Source: a virus (taxonomy: Duplodnaviria; Heunggongvirae; Uroviricota; Caudoviricetes). Taken from it: DNA of 4,337 nucleotides. The position numbers and the translations under genes are program-made. Below the pieces are notes generated by a model. That model worked only from the letters and a program-made list of their open reading frames with translations. It ran no database searches and was not told where the DNA came from. Below are positions 1-4,337 of the stretch, piece after piece (the stretch's first letter is position 1; every line of letters begins with the position of its first letter). The DNA lies in the IMG/VR virus record IMGVR_UViG_2648501165_000001; one strand, given 5' to 3'.

Positions 1-601
1 CCTGCGGCGGTTCTGGTAGCGGCATCCAGTGGGTTACTCCATGCCATATACCAGTTAAGGTTTCAAACCTTGGCTCTCTGCCTTTCTGTGTCTTGGCATA
101 TTCATTCCTTGTATATACGCATTGTCTAACTGCATATTCATTCCATCCAATAACTGTTTGTCTAATTTCTGGCATTCGCTCACTACAGCTTATCCAACCA
201 TCCAGAATTACCGGAGAGTTGCCAGCCTCATACGCCACACGCATCCAGTGCATAAGCGTTTCAGTGCTCACACATCCGCAATCAACGTCTATTTTTTCTT
301 TTTGTTCTGACAACCATTCCTGGAATGACAGCTTGGCAGTCTGGCTTGCTGGCTCAATTCGTGGCAGGCCGATATATAGCGGTACATTTCCCGGATCCAT
401 CGAATTGTCGGGACAAATAAACGTGTTACAACCATATTTAACGAGCTCAATTCCCGCGGTGTCGATAGTGGCGAATGGTTCAGCGGTCAATGCAGTCAAC
501 GCAATTTCATAAGCACGGCGCTCAATATTGTCCCGCACCCCCAGACTGCTGATATGTTCTTTAATTTCTTTAATTAGCTCTTTGTCGGTAATAGTGGTCA
601 T
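1..601 (-). CDS. DUF551-type prophage protein, N-terminal ~200 aa; C-terminus lies beyond the left window edge
   Basis: Minus-strand frame is open from ATG at 601..599 to the window edge (200 codons, no stop). AAGGTGA Shine-Dalgarno (plus 609..615) sits 7 nt upstream. My translation: MTTITDKELIKEIKEHISSLGVRDNIERRAYEIALTAL...DGWISCSERMPEIRQTVIGWNEYAVRQCVYTRNEYAKTQKGREPRFETLTGIWHGVTHWMPLPEPPQ. The W-I-S...E-R-M-P-E...T-H-W-M-P-L-P-E-P-P tail matches the signature I associate with DUF551 prophage proteins. It is absent from the supplied ORF track because it is incomplete; the plus-strand ORFs 93..512 and 122..310 are its antisense shadow. Confidence 0.75.
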   Translation of the reverse strand, partial: MTTITDKELIKEIKEHISSLGVRDNIERRAYEIALTALTAEPFATIDTAGIELVKYGCNTFICPDNSMDPGNVPLYIGLPRIEPASQTAKLSFQEWLSEQKEKIDVDCGCVSTETLMHWMRVAYEAGNSPVILDGWISCSERMPEIRQTVIGWNEYAVRQCVYTRNEYAKTQKGREPRFETLTGIWHGVTHWMPLPEPPQ

Positions 602-619
602 AGCTATTTCACCTTAATC

Positions 620-1108
620 TCAACATTTCGCANNNNNNNNNNTACTCATTCTCCTGATTTCCCAGAGCACACGAGGAATACCACCGTTTCCGACCGGATC
701 GCGTTTACTCCGCAGGGCGACGCTTGATTCCGCCCAGCTTTTTCTTGGAGGAAGCTCTTTCACACGAACAAAACCAGCTGCGCGAAGAGATGCTCCTGAT
801 TCATCTGCCTGGGTGTACGTAATACAACGTTGATAACCCATAGCTTTTGCTGCCCGCCAGACAGCACCATAAAGCGCGCTGTTAGCGTTGCGTTCTCCTG
901 TGGTACATGTGCGATTTACTTCAAGCGTTAATCCATCGTCCAAATGTCGTGCAACAGGTCGACCAGCTGTCGCCACACCTATCAATTCTCCGGCATTATT
1001 TCTCAGACCAATGCTGAATTTATGCCCCACTGGTGGTTTATTGTGTCGGTGGTGCTGTGCGATAAATTCCTGCGCCGCTTTCAGCGTTATAGGTGAAATG
1101 ACCATCAC
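620..1108 (-). CDS. Conserved phage hypothetical protein, 162 aa, with HHRH motif; possibly GNAT/acyltransferase-like fold; C-terminal end interrupted by an N-run
   Basis: ORF track 620..1108. GTG at 1108..1106 is followed immediately by ATG at 1105..1103 (MMVISPIT...), with AAGGAGGAG upstream (plus 1113..1121). The stop TGA (1107..1105) of the upstream Ea22-like gene overlaps this start region. The C-terminal half (NANSALYGAVWRAAKAMGYQRCITYTQADESGASLRAAGF) resembles the C-terminal motifs of GNAT-fold proteins by eye; this is unverified. The last ~7 codons span the 10-N run, so the true stop and C-terminus are uncertain. Confidence 0.7.
   Translation of the reverse strand: MMVISPITLKAAQEFIAQHHRHNKPPVGHKFSIGLRNNAGELIGVATAGRPVARHLDDGLTLEVNRTCTTGERNANSALYGAVWRAAKAMGYQRCITYTQADESGASLRAAGFVRVKELPPRKSWAESSVALRSKRDPVGNGGIPRVLWEIRRMSXXXXAKC
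634..643. other. Run of 10 ambiguous bases (N); assembly gap or masked bases
   Basis: Literal nnnnnnnnnn in the sequence at 634..643, inside the 3' end of the 620..1108 CDS. Confidence 0.95.
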
Positions 1109-1698
1109 TCAGACTCCTCCTTGATGCCAGCGGCGCTTGCTGATTCTTCATATGCGCGTTTAGCAGCGTTAAGGATTGCTGCCAGTGGCGTATAGCCGCC
1201 ATCCATTCGGATTGTGTTGTGGATGCCAGCCATTGTGTCGCGCAATTTGCTGTGGCTAGCAGACAGTTCTGCTATGCGCTTACTTCCATCCGCGATTACT
1301 CCCTCGTAATACTCGCGTTGCTCGTTGAGTTTTGATTTTGCTTCCTCAAGCTCAACACGCAGTTTCCCTACCGTTAGCGCAATATCCTCGTTCTCCTGGT
1401 CGCGGCGTTTGATGTATTGCTGGTTTCTTTCCAGCTCATCCAGCAGCGCCAAGACGGTAGCCGGATTGGCTGCGGCGATGAATTCAGCATTGGCCTGCTG
1501 TTCCATTTGGAAATCTTCATCGAAACCGCTTTCAGGATGCGCTCCTTCAATTCTGCAAATGGGAATATATCCAGCAGCCTCGCGATGAATTAGTGCATCA
1601 TCACCATCAAATCGGCTCTCTCCATATTCGAGAGACCACTCACCACACGTTGCTTTTTCTGCCTTTTCACGCAGTACCTGATAGTCAATCTTGCTCAC
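1105..1698 (-). CDS. Ead/Ea22-like family protein, paralog A (197 aa from GTG start)
   Basis: The ORF track gives 1105..1731 starting at an ATG with no ribosome-binding site. I prefer GTG at 1698..1696, which has a perfect AGGAGG (plus 1705..1710) 6 nt upstream and forms a GTGA overlap with the stop of the upstream gene. The N-terminus [21 protein letters not shown]... followed by a coiled-coil-like region (LALLDELERNQQYIKRRDQENEDIALTVGKLRVELEEAKSKLNEQ) fits the lambdoid Ead/Ea22-like family as I remember it. Confidence 0.75.
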   Translation of the reverse strand: MSKIDYQVLREKAEKATCGEWSLEYGESRFDGDDALIHREAAGYIPICRIEGAHPESGFDEDFQMEQQANAEFIAAANPATVLALLDELERNQQYIKRRDQENEDIALTVGKLRVELEEAKSKLNEQREYYEGVIADGSKRIAELSASHSKLRDTMAGIHNTIRMDGGYTPLAAILNAAKRAYEESASAAGIKEESE

Positions 1699-1715
1699 TG
1701 GTTTCCTCCTTTGCG
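1661..1715 (-). repeat. Gene-junction direct repeat, copy 1 (~49-bp core 1667..1715)
   Basis: Minus-strand reading: cgcaaaggaggaaaccagtgagcaagattgactatcaggtactgcgtga. It matches copy 2 at 46 of 49 positions and contains the RKGGNQ* codons, AGGAGG and GTG start. Confidence 0.85.
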
Positions 1716-2324
1716 AATCTGTTCCGCCCATTCTTCAAGGGATTTCTCCGCATATTCACCAGACAGGCCATCAATCGGATGCGCTTCATTAGCCAACTCT
1801 TCTTTCGCTGACAAAATCATGCGTGTAACGTCGAAAACTTCACGCAAAGACTTATTGATAAATCCGTGATTGAAAGCAGCAGCAAGACGGCTTGCGGTAT
1901 AGTTAATACCCTCGTTGCGAGCCGCCGCACGAATTTCAGCCAGGAAAGCGTCGGTGGCTGGGGTTTCCGTGAAGTTGTCCTCCCAACCGTAGTACTCCTG
2001 ACGACAGAAGTTATTAAATTCCTTCTCCGACTGTTTAAGCTCCGCATTCTCTGCCGCCAGCACCGAAAACTTCTCGTGTGCCAACTTAACAGCCGCATCA
2101 GCCTGCTTAATTGACTCAATCGCTTTCTGTTGGTCTTCGGCCAGCTCCGCTAAATTAGCCTCCAGTTCGGCTATGCGTTCGTTTAATGCATCTCGTTCAT
2201 CCAGTAGCGCCAGCACAACCTGAGGTGTGACTTTCATACGAAATGCCAGCAATTTTTGAGGCGTTGCTACTGTTTCAATTGCTACTGCCGCCTCACGCAG
2301 TGCCTGATAGTCAATTTTGCTCAC
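1695..2324 (-). CDS. Ead/Ea22-like family protein, paralog B (209 aa), mosaic, coiled-coil rich
   Basis: ORF track 1695..2324. The start is GTG at 2324..2322 with AGGAGG (plus 2331..2336) 6 nt upstream; an in-frame TGA lies 15 codons upstream with no alternative start. N-terminus [13 protein letters not shown] is near-identical to paralog A and shares the internal motif VLALLDE(R/L); the rest is divergent and heptad-like ([27 protein letters not shown]). It ends ...RKGGNQ*, with the stop overlapping the GTG of paralog A. Confidence 0.72.
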   Translation of the reverse strand: MSKIDYQALREAAVAIETVATPQKLLAFRMKVTPQVVLALLDERDALNERIAELEANLAELAEDQQKAIESIKQADAAVKLAHEKFSVLAAENAELKQSEKEFNNFCRQEYYGWEDNFTETPATDAFLAEIRAAARNEGINYTASRLAAAFNHGFINKSLREVFDVTRMILSAKEELANEAHPIDGLSGEYAEKSLEEWAEQIRKGGNQ

Positions 2325-2341
2325 TGGTTGCCTCCTTTGCG
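2287..2341 (-). repeat. Gene-junction direct repeat, copy 2 (~49-bp core 2293..2341)
   Basis: Minus-strand reading: cgcaaaggaggcaaccagtgagcaaaattgactatcaggcactgcgtga. Same layout as copy 1: RKGGNQ stop, AGGAGG, 6 nt, GTG, SKIDYQ.LRE. Confidence 0.85.
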
Positions 2342-2488
2342 CAACATCGCATTCAGATATTTGTTGTCATTAACAGAACCGAAACTCTTTCTCTTAAGCA
2401 ATTCCTCTCTCGAGGGCATTGGCTTTACGCGTTGGCGAATAATCATTTCTGCCGGAAGAATGCCGGGATTGTATGCAAGTCCTCTCAT
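2321..2488 (-). CDS. Small hypothetical protein (~55 aa) ending in RKGGNQ
   Basis: ORF track gives 2321..2521 (66 aa), but the ATGs at 2521 and 2506 have no ribosome-binding site. ATG at 2488..2486 is preceded by GAGGAA at 7 nt spacing, and that site overlaps the TGA stop (2501..2499) of the upstream 98-aa gene. Predicted product: [55 protein letters not shown]. The start choice is uncertain. Confidence 0.55.
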   Translation of the reverse strand: MRGLAYNPGILPAEMIIRQRVKPMPSREELLKRKSFGSVNDNKYLNAMLRKGGNQ

Positions 2489-2498
2489 GGTAAATTCC

Positions 2499-2795
2499 TC
2501 AGTCATTACTGATAGCGCCATAGCGTGAGCGGTAATTACGCAGGCGCGGGTCGATATATTCAGGGAATTTGTCTATTGTCGCTTTTCGCAACGGTCTCAT
2601 TGCTGTTTCGTTTGTTCGGTCCTTCTCCTGTTTTAGCGCGAGTTGTATATCGCGTCGGTACATCCGTTCTGCTTTTGTTTCTGGTGTCAGAGCAAGAAAC
2701 GCGTCGAAATTGTTTTTGATATTTTCCAGCACCTCCGCCTTGGAGCTACCGGAGCAGTTGCGCGGGTCATCCGCACCATACAGAGGCGCTGGCAT
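2499..2795 (-). CDS. Hypothetical protein, 98 aa; sits immediately downstream of the recombination genes
   Basis: ORF track 2499..2795. ATG at 2795..2793 has a weak AAGG about 9 nt upstream and lies 23 bp downstream of the SSB-like gene stop. The gene is co-directional and tightly packed with its neighbours. No recognisable motifs by eye. Confidence 0.6.
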   Translation of the reverse strand: MPAPLYGADDPRNCSGSSKAEVLENIKNNFDAFLALTPETKAERMYRRDIQLALKQEKDRTNETAMRPLRKATIDKFPEYIDPRLRNYRSRYGAISND

Positions 2796-2818
2796 AATGG
2801 GAGCCTTATTTTCAGTAA

Positions 2819-3406
2819 TCAGAAAGGAGGGTAATCGTTCTGGCTGTAACCATAATCATCTGCATGATTATGGCTTACGTTTTTAGAGCGATTGTCTTTA
2901 TCTTTGAGGCTGGCAACCATGTTGGCGATAGTTTCTGGTTGCTTGCCTTCTGCCTTTTCTTTAAGGGTTTGACCTGTTTGTGCAATAAACGGGATGCGTA
3001 TTTCCATCTGGTAGCTGTCTGCGCCAGTCTTTTTGTTTGTGGTTAATACTTTCTGGAGCACTAACCCGATTTTCTTTCCATGAAATTCAGGTGCAACAAA
3101 TTTACTGGCGGAAACCATATGTTGCGTTAATTGTCCAATCCCGGCACACCCCATCATGGCGTGAACGACATTTGCGCCAAATTTGTTTTCCGTGCCGTCA
3201 TTTTTCTGAACACAGACGCTAAGATACTGGATTTTACGTCCGTCGTCGGATTCTCCAGAAAACTCAATAAATTTGGCTCCTTTTTCTGATTGCTTGAGTT
3301 CTGCTTCAGTAATGGTAATTATGTGAGCGCCAGTTTCGTTAATAAAACCACCTTGCCCTGCGGTCAGTGCTGCTTCTTCGTTATAAGTAAAAATTACGTT
3401 GCTCAT
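2819..3406 (-). CDS. Putative phage ssDNA-binding protein (cognate partner of Sak4), 195 aa, with an SSB-like C-terminal tail ...DDYGYSQNDYPPF
   Basis: ORF track 2819..3406. Its ATG (3406..3404) overlaps the Sak4-like stop in an ATGA arrangement, with AAGGAA upstream. The C-terminus is acidic/aromatic and ends in P-F, like the partner-binding tails of bacterial SSB (DDDIPF) and T7 gp2.5. Adjacency to a Sak4-like ATPase mirrors the HK620 Sak4/SSB pair. The SSB assignment is an inference; the N-terminal region is not a canonical SSB by eye. Confidence 0.65.
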   Translation of the reverse strand: MSNVIFTYNEEAALTAGQGGFINETGAHIITITEAELKQSEKGAKFIEFSGESDDGRKIQYLSVCVQKNDGTENKFGANVVHAMMGCAGIGQLTQHMVSASKFVAPEFHGKKIGLVLQKVLTTNKKTGADSYQMEIRIPFIAQTGQTLKEKAEGKQPETIANMVASLKDKDNRSKNVSHNHADDYGYSQNDYPPF

Positions 3407-4083
3407 GCGGCGTTTTCCTTAATTTGATGAACATTATTGATGCCGTAGTAATCACAAACAGTGGCATCGACGAAAGAGAGATCGTTATCAATCTCATTGG
3501 AATCAAACATTCCCATTGGGGATTTAACAGTGTCTGCACCGTTGTTTTTCGTGGTGAAAAAGAACTGGTCATCGCGGGTAAGAGTGCGAAGAACTATAGT
3601 AAACATGCCTTCGACAGTGATTTTCTCGTCCAGCATTTTGCCGATAGTCTTCATTTTCACGCGCCCCATAGGGGTTTCTTCGGTGTGCGCAAGAAAATAG
3701 ACTCTCAGGTCATCAGGCGCATCCTGTGCAGCCTTAATGACCTCCCATGCGTGGCGGCCTATCTCAGTAAATTTATCAAACGATTTTTCTTCTGAGCGGC
3801 GCATAAACTCATTGCTCATCACATACTGGAAGTCATCAACAATAACGATTCTTTTTCCGTATTCGTGAGCACGCTTAATTACAGCAACTATTACGTCCCA
3901 TTTGTCAGTGGTAACTACGGTTCCTTTTTTTGCTCTGGCATCCCATGCAAGCCAGTTTTTTGATTTAAATGGTAGCGGCTTGCCTATTGGTTTTATAAGT
4001 ATTGCTTCCTCTGGATTGATATTTCTCATGCTGGTTGATTTTCCGGTGCCAGACTCACCGAGTATTAATATCGCAGTTCCCAT
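3403..4083 (-). CDS. Sak4-like (AAA_24-type, RecA-core) P-loop ATPase; phage recombination protein, 226 aa
   Basis: ORF track 3403..4083. GAGGTGA Shine-Dalgarno (plus 4087..4093) lies 3 nt upstream of ATG 4083..4081 and overlaps the stop of the upstream small gene. Walker A GESGTGKST is at residues 9-17 and a Walker B-like hydrophobic run RIVIVDD follows. Size and motif layout are typical of phage Sak4/AAA_24 proteins. Confidence 0.85.
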   Translation of the reverse strand: MGTAILILGESGTGKSTSMRNINPEEAILIKPIGKPLPFKSKNWLAWDARAKKGTVVTTDKWDVIVAVIKRAHEYGKRIVIVDDFQYVMSNEFMRRSEEKSFDKFTEIGRHAWEVIKAAQDAPDDLRVYFLAHTEETPMGRVKMKTIGKMLDEKITVEGMFTIVLRTLTRDDQFFFTTKNNGADTVKSPMGMFDSNEIDNDLSFVDATVCDYYGINNVHQIKENAA

Positions 4084-4091
4084 AATTCACC

Positions 4092-4280
4092 TCAGAATGG
4101 TAATTCGGACGGGGAGGGAAGAAATTCGCGCTCATTCATGCGCTCTCTTTGTGCCTGCCATAAGCAAAGTTGTTTCTTTGATTTATCTCCCGCTTTACGC
4201 CAGTAACGAGCCTCAGCAATGTGATACTCTCTTTTTAATCGACTTAACTCTGGGGTTTTCGCCAGTTCTACCGGAATCAT
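4092..4280 (-). CDS. Small basic hypothetical protein (~62 aa)
   Basis: ORF track gives 4092..4292 (MEVKMIPVEL...). The second ATG (4280..4278) has a strong GGAGGT (plus 4285..4290) 5 nt upstream and forms an ATGA overlap with the stop of the partial upstream gene, so I prefer it. Product: MIPVELAKTPELSRLKREYHIAEARYWRKAGDKSKKQLCLWQAQRERMNEREFLPSPSELPF, rich in K and R. Confidence 0.55.
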   Translation of the reverse strand: MIPVELAKTPELSRLKREYHIAEARYWRKAGDKSKKQLCLWQAQRERMNEREFLPSPSELPF

Positions 4281-4337
4281 TTTGACCTCCATTTTCTGTA
4301 GGCTTCTACGGCTTCACGAAACATCTTTTCATCGCCA
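4277..4337 (-). CDS. 3' end of an upstream co-directional gene (C-terminal residues ...GDEKMFREAVEAYRKWRSK*), start beyond the right window edge
   Basis: The minus-strand frame is open from the window edge to TGA at 4279..4277, which overlaps the ATG at 4280 in an ATGA arrangement. This is the same coupling pattern seen throughout the window. Only 20 codons are visible. Confidence 0.45.
   Translation of the reverse strand, partial: GDEKMFREAVEAYRKWRSK

Noticed and set aside
93-512. Plus-strand ORFs 93..512 (139 aa) and 122..310 (62 aa)
   Set aside because: They lie entirely antisense to the open minus-strand DUF551 frame, have no ribosome-binding site, and translate to low-complexity serine/leucine/isoleucine-rich sequence. 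They are shadow ORFs.
634-643. N-run as a biological feature (for example a hypervariable or modified site)
   Set aside because: Ambiguity codes are a data artefact, not sequence. No inference about biology can be drawn from them.
1105-1731. Longer start for Ea22-like paralog A at ATG 1731 ([18 protein letters not shown]...)
   Set aside because: That ATG has no upstream Shine-Dalgarno and lies inside the upstream gene. GTG at 1698 has a perfect AGGAGG at 6 nt, and the identical arrangement recurs at 2324, where a GTG start is forced by an upstream in-frame stop.
1667-2341. Possible CRISPR array or attachment-site repeat
   Set aside because: There are only two copies, about 626 bp apart, each coinciding exactly with a gene start and ribosome-binding site and internally coding. 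There is no spacer/repeat periodicity and no integrase nearby in the window.
2321-2521. 66-aa version of the small ORF starting at ATG 2521
   Set aside because: It would overlap the upstream 98-aa gene by 23 bp and has no ribosome-binding site. The ATG at 2488 has GAGGAA at ideal spacing, so the shorter form is preferred, though not proven.
1325-2528. Plus-strand ORFs 1325..1588, 1593..1811, 1866..2114, 2243..2512, 2256..2528 and minus-strand 1817..2119
   Set aside because: All are embedded within, and out of frame with or antisense to, the Ea22-like and small-protein genes. The apparent similarity between 1593..1811 and 2243..2512 (HAVPDSQ.CSLV.SFA) is just the junction repeat read on the wrong strand.
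2525-4285. Plus-strand ORFs 2525..2719, 2569..2886, 2643..2834, 2864..3046, 3037..3222, 3424..3795, 3461..3700, 3902..4285 and minus-strand 3381..3572
   Set aside because: These are alternative-frame or antisense ORFs inside well-supported minus-strand genes (the 98-aa ORF, SSB-like, Sak4-like). They lack ribosome-binding sites and have biased, low-complexity composition.
4092-4292. 66-aa version of the small ORF upstream of Sak4, starting at ATG 4292
   Set aside because: The ATG at 4280 has a strong GGAGGT site and an ATGA overlap with the preceding gene's stop. The ATG at 4292 would lie inside that preceding gene with no ribosome-binding site.

Overview
This window reads as one co-directional, tightly packed block of minus-strand genes from the early (recombination / 'ea') region of an enterobacterial lambdoid prophage, probably P22/HK620-like. 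From right to left (the direction of transcription) it holds: the C-terminal end of an upstream gene, a small basic protein, a Sak4-like P-loop ATPase translationally coupled to an SSB-like partner, two small proteins of unknown function, a tandem pair of mosaic Ead/Ea22-like proteins, a 162-aa protein with a possible acyltransferase-like fold, and the N-terminal ~200 aa of a DUF551-type protein that runs off the left edge. No RNA genes, CRISPR arrays or transposase-like elements are visible. All family assignments rest on reading the translations by eye; no database search was possible. The most distinctive structure is a ~49-55 bp junction repeat present twice, carrying the upstream gene's last codons (RKGGNQ*), an AGGAGG ribosome-binding site and the GTG start of the next Ea22-like gene. 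The best candidates for undescribed anti-defence or host-takeover functions are the three small ORFs (55, 62 and 98 aa) and the 162-aa protein. A run of 10 N at 634-643 is a sequence artefact that makes the end of one gene uncertain.
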